From positions 1,617 to 65,616 of IMG/VR virus record IMGVR_UViG_3300025012_000084: DNA of 64,000 nucleotides; one strand, written 5' to 3'. Origin of the DNA: a virus. Taxonomy: Duplodnaviria; Caudoviricetes. Positions 1 to 9,715 of the stretch are shown piece by piece. How positions within the stretch are numbered: the stretch's first letter is position 1; each line of letters starts with the position of its first letter. Both the position numbers and the translations under genes were made by a program. A model generated the notes under the pieces. That model worked only from the letters and a program-made list of their open reading frames with translations. It was not told the DNA's origin and searched no databases.

Positions 1-2
1 AG

Positions 3-551
3 GCTTATGAGGCCGGGGACGGTGAAAAATTGGCTGATGCTCATGAGCGTGTGGCAGCACTCACTCTGGAGCGACATCAGGTAGATAGCTGGGCAAGACA
101 GCAGAAGCCGAAAGAAAGTGCTTTACAGCCGCCGCCTGTTGATGTACAAAGGCAGCTAACACCATTTCCGCAAGTCGTAAAGGCGCCAGCGCCTGTTGAC
201 GCCGATGCGAGCAAGTGGGCAGCCAAAAACGAGTGGTTCCACAAAGACAAAGTCATGAGGGCGGTAGCATTCGCGATCAATGACGAGTTGTTGGCCGATG
301 GAATCGACCCAGCAGAAGAACCGTCCGAGTATTACGGCACCATAGATAAGCGGATGCGTGAAGTATTCCCTTCGTATGATTGGGGGGACGGTCGTGTAAA
401 GACCAGACCACACACCACGGTAGCGTCGGTCGGTAGAACGACCAATACGGCTAGACGTGTAGTGCTAACTCAAACACAAGTATCTTTGGCGCGCAGACTG
501 GGTATAACCCCGGAGCAGTACGCCAGCGAACTTGCAAAAATGGAGAAATAA
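3..551 (+). CDS. Putative capsid scaffolding protein, 5'-truncated by window
   Basis: Frame open from the window start; helical protein ending LARRLGITPEQYA, three genes upstream of the capsid gene. Confidence 0.6.
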   Translation, partial: AYEAGDGEKLADAHERVAALTLERHQVDSWARQQKPKESALQPPPVDVQRQLTPFPQVVKAPAPVDADASKWAAKNEWFHKDKVMRAVAFAINDELLADGIDPAEEPSEYYGTIDKRMREVFPSYDWGDGRVKTRPHTTVASVGRTTNTARRVVLTQTQVSLARRLGITPEQYASELAKMEK

Positions 552-553
552 TC

Positions 554-1000
554 ATGGCAGAACGTATCCCGCGTGAAACGCTGACCCGCGAAACAACACA
601 GCGTCCGAGGTCTTGGAAACCGGCAGAACTGTTGCCGGAACCTACGCGACAGGAGGGCTGGGAGTACAAGTGGATCAGGAAATCTATGTCCGGAACGGCT
701 GACCCGACTAATGTGTCGAAGTCGCTGAGGGAAGGATGGGAGCCGTGCAGGCTAGAGGATCACAAAGAGCTTATGCTCGCGGTCGACAAAGGCTCAGAGA
801 ACTCTGGTCTTGTTGAGGTTGGAGGGCTGATTTTGTGCAAGATCCCAAAAGAAATGTGGGATCAACGCATAGCGTATTATATCTCGAAGGCCAACGACCA
901 GATGGAATCGGTCGATGCGCAGCTCGACCGTGAAAACGACCCTCGAATGCCTCTGTTTAAAGAGCGCCAGTCAAAAGTGACTTTTGGCAATGGCCGATAA
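554..1000 (+). CDS. Conserved head-module hypothetical protein
   Basis: GGAG RBS; YKWIR...LREGWEP motif typical of this position in gpT-like head modules. Confidence 0.7.
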   Translation: MAERIPRETLTRETTQRPRSWKPAELLPEPTRQEGWEYKWIRKSMSGTADPTNVSKSLREGWEPCRLEDHKELMLAVDKGSENSGLVEVGGLILCKIPKEMWDQRIAYYISKANDQMESVDAQLDRENDPRMPLFKERQSKVTFGNGR

Positions 1001-1025
1001 TTTTTAAAGACAAAAGGAGACTCAA

Positions 1026-1619
1026 ATGGCAATTACAACAGGTTATGGGTTCAAGCCCGTACAGCTGACCGGCGGTCAGAACTTCTCTGGAGGCACTCTC
1101 CGAGAATTTGTAGTGACAGCGGCAGCGGCTACGAACCCGATTTGCACTGGTGACTGGGTGAATTCGACGGCTGGTGTGGTACTCACTAGTGGGGCAGCCC
1201 CCGCAGCGGGCACACTTGGCGCCAACTCGCCTATCGGCGTGTGCATGGGCGTCAGCTACACCGACCCGGTGTTGAAGCAGCCAGTGCATGCATCGTTTCT
1301 ACCGGCGAACTCTACCGGGTATACGAATATTCGAGCCAAGGTTGTGGACGACCCGGATATCATCATGCAGATCCGGTATGAAGGCACGTTGACGTTCACG
1401 TCGATCGGTCTGAACTGCACGATCACGTATGCTGCCGGAAGCACGTCTACCGGCGTGTCCAAAGTGTATGCGACAGGCGCAGCAGCTACCAACACACTGC
1501 CTCTGCGCATTGTGGGGATCGTCGAAACGCTGACTGACTCCAACGGCGCGGCTGTGACGGAAATCCTCGTGCGCTACAATGCGTCAACACACCAGTACCA
1601 TCTGGTACTCGGTCAATAA
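1026..1619 (+). CDS. Putative capsid decoration/structural protein
   Basis: AAGGAG RBS; beta-rich A/T/G protein directly before the capsid gene. Confidence 0.6.
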   Translation: MAITTGYGFKPVQLTGGQNFSGGTLREFVVTAAAATNPICTGDWVNSTAGVVLTSGAAPAAGTLGANSPIGVCMGVSYTDPVLKQPVHASFLPANSTGYTNIRAKVVDDPDIIMQIRYEGTLTFTSIGLNCTITYAAGSTSTGVSKVYATGAAATNTLPLRIVGIVETLTDSNGAAVTEILVRYNASTHQYHLVLGQ

Positions 1620-1632
1620 GGAGAAATGAATC

Positions 1633-2535
1633 ATGGCTATTAGTCGTTCACAATTGATGAAAGAGCTTCTACCCGGTCTGAATGCGTTGTTCGGCCTGGA
1701 GTACAAGCGCTATGGTGAAGAGCACAAAGAGATCTATGAAACCGAGAACTCTGACCGCTCATTCGAGGAAGAGGTGAAGCTGTCCGGCTTCGGAGCGGCT
1801 CCGACCAAGACAGAAGGTGCCGGGTTCACTTACGATAGCGCGCAAGAGGCGTACACGGCCCGCTACACGCATGAGACTATCGCGCTCGGGTTCTCGATTA
1901 CGGAGGAGGCGGTCGAGGATAATCTCTACGATAGCTTGTCCAGTCGGTACACGAAGGCTCTGGCCCGCGCCATGGCATACACCAAGCAGGTAAAAGCGGC
2001 GTCCCCACTGAACAACGCTATCGCTGCCGGCGTGGTGTATGGCGACGGACAACCGCTGTTGTCAGTATCTCACCCACTGGTAGGTGGCGGTGTGAATGCC
2101 AACCGTCCAGCCGTTCACGCAGATTTGAATGAGACATCGCTGGAAGCGGCGATTATCACCATGTCGGCATGGACAGACGAACGCGGACTGCTGCTGGCCG
2201 CGAAACCCAAGAAACTCGTGATCCCGCCCGCACTGCAATTCGTCGCTGAGCGTCTGCTCGGAACCGAGAAGCGTGTAGGGACTGCGGACAACGACATCAG
2301 TGCTATCGTGAAGATGTCCGCGATCCCTGGTGGGTATACTGTCAACCATTGGCTGTCAAGCCCGACACAGTGGTTTCTGCTTACGGATACGCCGAACGGC
2401 CTCAAGCATTTCGTTCGTACCAAGCTGACCACCGAGATGCAGGGTGACTTTGAAACCGGCAACGTGCGCTACAAGTCGAGGGAGCGGTACTCCTTCGGTG
2501 TAAGTGATGCGCTCGGTATTTACGGTTCCGCATAA
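1633..2535 (+). CDS. Major capsid protein (Mu gpT-like)
   Basis: MAISRSQLMKELLPGLNALFGLEY N-terminus, PKKLVIPP and RERYSFG motifs; strong RBS; followed by a terminator. Confidence 0.9.
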   Translation: MAISRSQLMKELLPGLNALFGLEYKRYGEEHKEIYETENSDRSFEEEVKLSGFGAAPTKTEGAGFTYDSAQEAYTARYTHETIALGFSITEEAVEDNLYDSLSSRYTKALARAMAYTKQVKAASPLNNAIAAGVVYGDGQPLLSVSHPLVGGGVNANRPAVHADLNETSLEAAIITMSAWTDERGLLLAAKPKKLVIPPALQFVAERLLGTEKRVGTADNDISAIVKMSAIPGGYTVNHWLSSPTQWFLLTDTPNGLKHFVRTKLTTEMQGDFETGNVRYKSRERYSFGVSDALGIYGSA

Positions 2536-2561
2536 CAAGCAAGGGCTGTGTGGCACCACCG

Positions 2562-2590
2562 ACCCCCGCCTAGTGCGGGGGTTTTCATTT
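2562..2590 (+). terminator. Rho-independent terminator
   Basis: ACCCCCGC-CTAGT-GCGGGGGT hairpin followed by TTTCATTT. Confidence 0.85.
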
Positions 2591-2622
2591 CGCAGCCAAC
2601 ACCGCAGCGGAGAAAATGCTTG

Positions 2623-2651
2623 TTGACGCCAAAAACTAACTGGAGTATAAA
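2623..2651 (+). promoter_or_regulatory. Sigma70-like promoter
   Basis: TTGACG-17 bp-TATAAA. Confidence 0.75.
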
Positions 2652-2657
2652 GAGACT

Positions 2658-2740
2658 GATTCGCGTATTACTGGCTGTGCAGACCGGCGCGACGGACGTG
2701 TAGAGAGACTGCACAGCCTACAACCCTCTACAGGAGAACA
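2658..2740 (+). ncRNA. Structured RNA with two pseudoknots, probably Mu-gpT-DE motif-like
   Basis: Pairings 2661-2666/2687-2692, 2673-2682/2709-2718 (10 bp perfect), 2699-2705/2726-2732; lies downstream of a gpT-like gene. Confidence 0.65.
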
Positions 2741-2742
2741 TC

Positions 2743-3159
2743 ATGGGTGCAACGCATTTTTCAGGGCCGGTATTTGTCGGAACGACGGATTCAAACGCCG
2801 GAAGCAATGTCCTGACGCAGACAGGTACGCTGACACAGACGGCGGCAGGCACTACCAGCACCACATTCACACTTCCGGCTAACGCGCAGATCATCGACAT
2901 CATTGTTGATGTGACGGTACTCTGGAACTCGGTAACGTCAGCCGGTATTACGGTAGGCACAGCGGCGGCTGGAACACAGTACGTGACCAGTATAAATGGC
3001 AAGACAGCGGCTCGCACAATGAACTCGGCTGCCACAGCCGCGCAACTAATAGCTATGCAGGACATCACAACCAACACGTCTGTAGTAGCGACAGTTGTTT
3101 CGGTAGGCACCACGTCGGCAGGGACTGCAAGGGTTACTATCCTGTACCGCCAGAACTAA
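2743..3159 (+). CDS. Virion structural protein
   Basis: MGATHFSGPV N-terminus; AGGAG RBS; Thr/Ala-rich. Confidence 0.65.
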   Translation: MGATHFSGPVFVGTTDSNAGSNVLTQTGTLTQTAAGTTSTTFTLPANAQIIDIIVDVTVLWNSVTSAGITVGTAAAGTQYVTSINGKTAARTMNSAATAAQLIAMQDITTNTSVVATVVSVGTTSAGTARVTILYRQN

Positions 3160-3170
3160 AAGGAGCCGTC

Positions 3171-3758
3171 ATGACAATGCGTACCGATACATGGGCTGTG
3201 TCCCCGGCGGCAGCAAATACCACGTTCTTCTTCGGTGCCGGGGCTGTTGCTGGCGCTGGCGCGCTAACGCTTGTTGCGACCACGCCGTCGGTCAATGGCT
3301 GTGGCTACAAGCTGATATTCACATCCGCCGGTGATAGCAGCGGGATGACTTTCACGGTAGTCGGGAACGTTGTTGGAGACTCTTCCAGAACAACGACGGA
3401 AGTGGTTGCCGGGCCAAATACGACCACAGCAACCACCGCGAACTACTGGTCTCAGATCGTGAGCGTGACAGCCAGTGCAGCGGCCACCGGGAATCAGAGC
3501 ATAGGCTTTACTGGCGCGCTGGCGTTGCCGCGCACTCGTATTAACGGGGTGCATTACGTGGGCGCTGCCGCAACTGGAAGTGTTGTAGTGTCAAACTCTG
3601 GCACAGGCAAGGTGCTGCTGAACATCGACACTCCGGCTACCGCCACATTTGCGCAGTACGTGAATACCGGCAGCCTGGCAGTGTATGGTGCTACGGCCAC
3701 GGAGGTCGGACTGGTTACGATGACTCAGGTGGTGAAATGCACTCTGGTATGCGGGTGA
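3171..3758 (+). CDS. Virion structural protein
   Basis: AAGGAG RBS; beta-rich, within structural operon. Confidence 0.6.
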   Translation: MTMRTDTWAVSPAAANTTFFFGAGAVAGAGALTLVATTPSVNGCGYKLIFTSAGDSSGMTFTVVGNVVGDSSRTTTEVVAGPNTTTATTANYWSQIVSVTASAAATGNQSIGFTGALALPRTRINGVHYVGAAATGSVVVSNSGTGKVLLNIDTPATATFAQYVNTGSLAVYGATATEVGLVTMTQVVKCTLVCG

Positions 3759-3761
3759 CGT

Positions 3762-4439
3762 ATGACAACCAGCGGCACAACGGCGTTTGTTCCAGACGTA
3801 GCTGAGATAATCGAGGAAGCCTTCGAGCGCGTAAGGCCGTCCGGATCGTCTACTGGGTACGACGTCAGAACCGCTAGGCGGTCGATAAATCTGCTCATGC
3901 TGGAGTGGGCTAATCGAGGCGTTAATTTGTGGACGATAGATTCCGGTACGGTAGCACTCGTCTCCGGTACATCCACGTACAGTCTTCCTGCCGACACCAT
4001 AGATTTACTCGACGTGGTTATCCGGACGACCGCAGCCGGAGTTCAGAACGACATGGTTGTAGGCAGAATTTCGCTGAATGAGTACACGTCCATACCCTCA
4101 AAGACGGCCACAGGCCGTCCGGTGCAGTTCATGGTGAACAGGCTGTCCGCAGCCCCGACGATCACGCTATGGCCGACACCTGACAGCGCCACGACGTACT
4201 CGCTGGTTTACTGGAGAATGCGGCGGATTCAAGACACAGGCGGAGATGGCGGCCTCACCATGGATGTTCCTGCAAGACTTATTCCGGCGCTCATATCGGG
4301 ACTCGCGTATTATTTGGGTATGAAATACGCACCTGGAAGCCTACAAGTTCTGAAGGCTATGTACGACGAGCAGTTCCAGATGGCTGTCGAAGAGGATAGA
4401 GACAGAGCTTCGTTCAGGCTGGTTCCGAGGCCGCTGTAA
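3762..4439 (+). CDS. Head-tail adaptor / tail tubular A-like protein
   Basis: IIEEAFER...ARRSINL...WANRGVNLWT, LWPTPD motifs. Confidence 0.7.
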   Translation: MTTSGTTAFVPDVAEIIEEAFERVRPSGSSTGYDVRTARRSINLLMLEWANRGVNLWTIDSGTVALVSGTSTYSLPADTIDLLDVVIRTTAAGVQNDMVVGRISLNEYTSIPSKTATGRPVQFMVNRLSAAPTITLWPTPDSATTYSLVYWRMRRIQDTGGDGGLTMDVPARLIPALISGLAYYLGMKYAPGSLQVLKAMYDEQFQMAVEEDRDRASFRLVPRPL

Positions 4440-4750
4440 TGGCCTCGTTCGCTACAGGCAAGTACGCCCTCGGGATATGTGACAGGTGCGGGTTTCAATA
4501 TGATTTAAACGTGTTCAGAGAGCTGACGGTACGGCAGAAGAAAACAGGTTTAAAGGTGTGTAAAGAGTGCTGGGAAGCTGACCACCCACAGAATATGCAG
4601 GGCGTGTTCAAGGTAGTAGATCCGGAAGCGCTGCGAAATCCGTTGCCGGATACCGACAGAGTTTATAGTACTGGTGTGTTCGGGTGGAATCCGGTAATGC
4701 TTCCGCAGATTTCGATCAGATTAGGAGCCGCGCGCGGCGTAAATCCGTAG
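4439..4750 (+). CDS. Hypothetical Zn-binding protein
   Basis: CDRC...CKEC; TAATG coupling to upstream gene. Confidence 0.65.
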   Translation: MASFATGKYALGICDRCGFQYDLNVFRELTVRQKKTGLKVCKECWEADHPQNMQGVFKVVDPEALRNPLPDTDRVYSTGVFGWNPVMLPQISIRLGAARGVNP

Positions 4751-4759
4751 GAGAGACCG

Positions 4760-5377
4760 TTGACCACATATGCCACACTTACTGCGGATATTGGGACGTA
4801 TACCCAGAACAACGACACTGTATTCTTGGCGCAGATACCTTCGTTTATCCGATTGGCCGAGAAGCGCATATACAACGACGTGAAGCTCCCCCATATCCGC
4901 AAGACGGCTGTCGGGGCGTTGACCGTAGGTAGCCGGGCGTACACGCTTCCGACAGACGCCATCAATATCCAGTCGTTCACGATAACGATACCTGTCACAG
5001 GGGAGGTTGTTCACTTGCTGCAAAAGTCCCCTGACTTCATGTCCGAACTGTATCCGGTTCCGGCTACACAGGCGCAACCAAAGTACTTTGGGCATAGTAG
5101 TGGCACCGCAGCAGTAGTCAGCCCTACGCCAGGCGCGGCCTATGTCACAGGGGTCAACTATTTTGGGTACCCCACGTCCATAGTTGATGCTGTCTCAGGG
5201 ACGTCATGGCTTGGTGACAATTACGACCAGCTACTTCTTCATGCGACACTTGTGGAAGCCTACGTGTTCATGAAGGGTTCAAAAGAACTGCTTGATTACT
5301 ATATCAACCTCACAAAAATAGGTCTGGACGAGCTGAAATCAGCGGCCAGCAATATAAACACGTCCGACTACAGGTGA
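4760..5377 (+). CDS. Head-tail adaptor-like protein
   Basis: FIRLAEKRI, LLLHATLVEAY motifs; TTG start after AGGAG. Confidence 0.65.
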   Translation: MTTYATLTADIGTYTQNNDTVFLAQIPSFIRLAEKRIYNDVKLPHIRKTAVGALTVGSRAYTLPTDAINIQSFTITIPVTGEVVHLLQKSPDFMSELYPVPATQAQPKYFGHSSGTAAVVSPTPGAAYVTGVNYFGYPTSIVDAVSGTSWLGDNYDQLLLHATLVEAYVFMKGSKELLDYYINLTKIGLDELKSAASNINTSDYR

Positions 5378-5382
5378 TGTAA

Positions 5383-5823
5383 ATGGCCTTCACTGGATCA
5401 CAAATTTGCACGTCATTTAAAAAAGAGCTTGGGCAGGCCGTGCACAACATGGACACTGCTGGCGATGTATTTAAACTGGCGCTGTACGGAGATACGGCAT
5501 CTATCGACCTGGCAACTACGGCATACACGAGTGCGGGGGAGGTTGTCGGGACAGGTTATTCTGCCGGAGGCATGACGCTGTCAAACTTGGCGGCCAGCTC
5601 CGCGACGTCCGTGTCCGGTGTTCAGACAGCGTTTTTTGGGTGGAGTACAGCGACGTTTTCAGCGGTCACATTATCGTGCAGAGGCGCTCTGATATATAAT
5701 TCATCAAAAGCAAACCGGGCGGTGGCGGTCATCGACTTTGGTATCACAATCGCGAAAACAGCGGCTGATTTAGTAGTGCAAATGCCTGTGTTTGACGCAA
5801 ATAATGCGCTAATTAGAATTTAA
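5383..5823 (+). CDS. Tail-associated structural protein
   Basis: SFKKEL...FKLALY...GTGYSAGG...RGALIYN motifs. Confidence 0.65.
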   Translation: MAFTGSQICTSFKKELGQAVHNMDTAGDVFKLALYGDTASIDLATTAYTSAGEVVGTGYSAGGMTLSNLAASSATSVSGVQTAFFGWSTATFSAVTLSCRGALIYNSSKANRAVAVIDFGITIAKTAADLVVQMPVFDANNALIRI

Positions 5824-5834
5824 CGGAGGCCGAG

Positions 5835-8800
5835 ATGCCAAGCAGTTACTCAGCACTTTTACGCACGGAGCTTGTTGCTGTCGGTGAGCAGTCCGGTACA
5901 TGGGGCACGACCAACAACAAGAACATCGGCACGTTGCTCGAAGCCGCGATATCTGGGATCGCCACGGTTGTTATTCCAGACGCTGACTACACGCTTACCG
6001 CGCTGAATGGCGCTGTGGACGAAGCGCGCTCGATGGGCCTGAACCTTACAGGTGCGCTCACTGGTGCGAAGAACGTAATATGTCCGACGAGTGCGAAGCT
6101 GTACGTTGTGAAGAATGCTACGACCGGAGGGTTTGCCGTGACAGTCAAAACGGCTGCCGGCACTGGCGTTGCGGTTCTCAGCGGCGCGTTCGCTGTTCTT
6201 GAGTGCGACGGTACGAACGTGGTGCAAGTGACGCTGCCTACTGCGTTCACATCGGCTACTTTGGCCGCTGCCGTCACCGACGAAACAGGAACCGGGTCGC
6301 TTGTGTTTGGCACATCCCCTACACTGACTACGCCGACACTTAATTCTCCTGTACTGACTACACCCGCACTCGGCACACCGGCCTCAGGTACGCTGACAAG
6401 CTGTACGGGTTTGCCTGTGGCCACAGGGGTTTCAGGTCTGGGCGCCGGTACAGCGACGTTTCTGGCCACCCCATCCTCTGCGAATCTGGCCGCTGCCGTC
6501 ACCGACGAGACTGGAACCGGAGCGCTTGTGTTCGCGAGCGGGCCGACAATCAGCTCGCCTGTTTTAGTTACACCCGCACTCGGCACACCGGCCTCCGGAA
6601 ACCTGACTAGCTGCACAGGACTTCCTGTGACTACCGGAGTGTCCGGTCTGGGTGCCGGGGCAGCTACGTTTCTGGCCACACCCTCGTCCGCGAATCTGGC
6701 TGCTGCTGTCACCGACGAGACGGGAACTGGAGCACTTGTGTTCGCAGATTCTCCTGCCCTAGCAGGCTTGCCGACCGCGCCTACTGCGGTCGTTGGCACA
6801 GCGACGACTCAGATAGCCACTACCGCGCATGTGGCAGCCACGGCGTTTACGGCAGCGCTGCCCGGACAAGCCGGAAACGCTGGAAAATTTGTCACGACTG
6901 ACGGTGTGAACGCGAGCTGGTCAGCCAATGTGGCTACTGGCGGAGGTACTGCTACCGGAACCAACACCGGAGACAACGCGGTGAACACGCTCTACAGCGG
7001 ATTGGTGAGCAATGTGACGCATACCGGAGATGCAACTGGTGCGACAGGCCTGACCGTGGTGGCAATAAACAGCACAAACATGGCCGCGTTGGCTACTGGG
7101 ATTCTGAAGAACACCACGACTACCGGGGTTCCAAGCATTGCTGTCGCAGGAACGGACTACGTTGCACCATCTGGAGCACTCGGAACACCGGCCTCAGGTA
7201 CGCTGGCGAACTGCTCGGGTCTGCCTGCTACCGGAGTAACGGGCACAGCTGCAACCCTCGGTGCGGCAAACACCTTCACAGCCGCCCAGAACTTCGCCCG
7301 AGCCACCGTGGCCTCGCACGCCACGACCGGCGACATCTGGGGCGCTGCCGGAAATCAAATCGACTGGACGGGCACTGCGACCACAACGGCATTCCCGGAC
7401 GCGCCACAAGCGGGTGCGGAACGTGTGCTGATATGCGCGGGAGCGTGCTCGTTCACGGCTGGTGCAAACATGCTGATTGACGGCGTTGCTTCGGCTTCGA
7501 CTGTGACCTGCGCTGCTAACGACCAAGTGATTGTGCGCGCGGTATCCACTACGCAGTTCAAGTTGTCGCGGGTTAAGTATGATGGGACGGCGCAGGTGAC
7601 TTCACCATCGGACGGCGGTGCGACAATCACTTCCAGCGCGGTCGATATTACGCTCACTTCAGCCAGCACTCGCGTTCAAGTCGTCACAATGACAGCGAGC
7701 GGGAAGGCAGTAACCCTGCCTGACGCCACGACACTTAATGAGGGAGGGGTTCTGTTTGCTGTAAAGAATGTCGGCTCGCACACCTTTGCCGTCAGAAATT
7801 CTGCTGGAACGCTGCTTGCGGTAGTTGCAGGATCACAACTTGCTGCATTTTATCTAAGTGATAACTCTGCTGCTGCTGGTGTTTGGGCTGTAGGAGATGA
7901 AACGCTCGGAGGCGCTATGGATTTTCTACTAGCGCAGGCTGAAGTAACAATCGTTACGGCGACAAACTATTACGCTGACTCTATCGGCATATCTGAAACG
8001 CAAGCAATAGGGGTATGGTATGAATCGCCTAATATTAAAGCATGCACATTGAATGTCAGCGGCACCACGCTTACGGCGGGGGCTATTCTCACAGTGGTCG
8101 CAGAAGCCCCAGATGGCCACTTATCTATAACCGCATTATCAGCAACGCAAGCTGTTGCCGCGTGGCGTAATTCCGGAACTAACATGCGAGCATGCACTTT
8201 GAATGTCAGCGGGACAACACTGACAGCGGGTGCGATTCTCTCAGTGAATGCGACAAACACTGCTTGGGTTTCCGTCACGTCAGTATCTGCAACGCAAGCA
8301 GTTGTTGCGTATTTAGACAATTCCGCCTCAGGAGTAATCCGAGCATGCACATTGAATGTCAGCGGCACCACGCTTACGGCGGGGGCTATTCTCGAAGTTT
8401 TAGCGGCAGCGGCGACTGCTATTTCTGTTGATACATTATCGGCCACGCAGGTAATTTTGTGCTTTAATTATACGGCTTCTACAAGCGTGTATGGATGCAC
8501 ATTGAATGTCAGCGGGACAACACTGACAGCGGGTGCGTTCGCCACCTTTAATACAGGAACAGCAACCTTGGTTTCTGTAGTGGCTTTATCAGAAACAGCA
8601 GCTATTGTGGCATATCGTCCGGCATCTACATTCGTGGAGGTCAAGAGTATGTCTATCAGTGGAACCACCGTTACTCCCGGAACCGGAGTCGCGGTTAATG
8701 CACTTAATTGTGGCTCGATAAGTACATCAAAGATGTCGCCAACGAAAGCACTAGTTGGTTATTCTGGCCCAGCTTTTCCGTTGCACGTCAGCGCACTTCG

Positions 8801-8966
8801 TCTATCAGGCGCATCCGTGAGGATTTCGGGTGACACCCTTGCAATAAATAATCAAACCAGCACTGGTTATGTTTCACTCTCACGATGCAGTGATGCCAGG
8901 ACGATTGCTCTTGGCCGCGCTGCATCTGATTACTTGAAAGCCACCCTATTGGAGGTCGCGCAATGA
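5835..8966 (+). CDS. Tail fibre / receptor-binding protein 1
   Basis: 1043 aa; three shaft repeats (AAAVTDETGTG), C-terminal ~50-aa propeller-like repeats; followed by a chaperone-like gene. Confidence 0.8.
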   Translation: MPSSYSALLRTELVAVGEQSGTWGTTNNKNIGTLLEAAISGIATVVIPDADYTLTALNGAVDEARSMGLNLTGALTGAKNVICPTSAKLYVVKNATTGGFAVTVKTAAGTGVAVLSGAFAVLECDGTNVVQVTLPTAFTSATLAAAVTDETGTGSLVFGTSPTLTTPTLNSPVLTTPALGTPASGTLTSCTGLPVATGVSGLGAGTATFLATPSSANLAAAVTDETGTGALVFASGPTISSPVLVTPALGTPASGNLTSCTGLPVTTGVSGLGAGAATFLATPSSANLAAAVTDETGTGALVFADSPALAGLPTAPTAVVGTATTQIATTAHVAATAFTAALPGQAGNAGKFVTTDGVNASWSANVATGGGTATGTNTGDNAVNTLYSGLVSNVTHTGDATGATGLTVVAINSTNMAALATGILKNTTTTGVPSIAVAGTDYVAPSGALGTPASGTLANCSGLPATGVTGTAATLGAANTFTAAQNFARATVASHATTGDIWGAAGNQIDWTGTATTTAFPDAPQAGAERVLICAGACSFTAGANMLIDGVASASTVTCAANDQVIVRAVSTTQFKLSRVKYDGTAQVTSPSDGGATITSSAVDITLTSASTRVQVVTMTASGKAVTLPDATTLNEGGVLFAVKNVGSHTFAVRNSAGTLLAVVAGSQLAAFYLSDNSAAAGVWAVGDETLGGAMDFLLAQAEVTIVTATNYYADSIGISETQAIGVWYESPNIKACTLNVSGTTLTAGAILTVVAEAPDGHLSITALSATQAVAAWRNSGTNMRACTLNVSGTTLTAGAILSVNATNTAWVSVTSVSATQAVVAYLDNSASGVIRACTLNVSGTTLTAGAILEVLAAAATAISVDTLSATQVILCFNYTASTSVYGCTLNVSGTTLTAGAFATFNTGTATLVSVVALSETAAIVAYRPASTFVEVKSMSISGTTVTPGTGVAVNALNCGSISTSKMSPTKALVGYSGPAFPLHVSALRLSGASVRISGDTLAINNQTSTGYVSLSRCSDARTIALGRAASDYLKATLLEVAQ

Positions 8967-9490
8967 AAATTTTAATCAGAAATAGCGATAGCGCAGTTAT
9001 GTATGCACAAGAGGTTATCTCCCTGACAACAAGCGAAGCATCTGGGGTTGGATGGGTAGACCGCAATTTCAACACAGACAACGCGAGGGTGGTGGGCGCA
9101 GAACTACCTTTATACTGGACAGGAGCCGCATTTTATTACGTTGACGGCGTGTGGGGGGTGCTAGATCAAGCAAGGTACGATAAGCGCGTTGCAGATGTTC
9201 AGGCCAAAATTGCTACGGCCGCCGTAGAAGCCATCACGACCACCACTCAATCGCGCCTCGACGATTTCGCAAAAACGCGCAACTACGACGGTATTCTAGC
9301 GGCATGTACTTATGCTGCAAGCCTGATACCGAAATTCGCTGCGGAAGGACAGTACGCGGTATCCGCGCGAGATGAAACATGGGCGGCACTCTACACGGTG
9401 ATGGGCGAGGTGCAGGCTGGCACACGGCAGATGCCGACATGCTACGCAGACGTGGAGACGCTATTGCCGGTGCTAGCATGGCCTATCTGA
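8963..9490 (+). CDS. Tail fibre assembly/chaperone-like protein
   Basis: QSRLDDFAKTRNYDGI...LPVLAWP C-terminal domain; ATGA overlap with fibre. Confidence 0.7.
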   Translation: MKILIRNSDSAVMYAQEVISLTTSEASGVGWVDRNFNTDNARVVGAELPLYWTGAAFYYVDGVWGVLDQARYDKRVADVQAKIATAAVEAITTTTQSRLDDFAKTRNYDGILAACTYAASLIPKFAAEGQYAVSARDETWAALYTVMGEVQAGTRQMPTCYADVETLLPVLAWPI

Positions 9491-9705
9491 GGAACATTCT
9501 CTTGTGGCTAGACATCGGCCTGAACGTGCTGATATTCGGAGGTAGCCCCTATGAAACCTTATCGAGCCGAATCGGAAAACGGGCAGCGCGAGGAGACAGA
9601 TGGGCGTGTGTGTTGTGCGGGATGTTGGACAAAATCGACTGGCGGCATTGTGCCAAAAGCGAAATGCCAGACGACGGGAAAACGCTGCCGAACTGGTGGA
9701 AATAA
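9478..9705 (+). CDS. Small conserved phage protein
   Basis: GGSPYETLSSRIGK...HC motif; start re-assigned to ATG 9478. Confidence 0.65.
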   Translation: MAYLRNILLWLDIGLNVLIFGGSPYETLSSRIGKRAARGDRWACVLCGMLDKIDWRHCAKSEMPDDGKTLPNWWK

Positions 9706-9715
9706 GGAGACCGAA

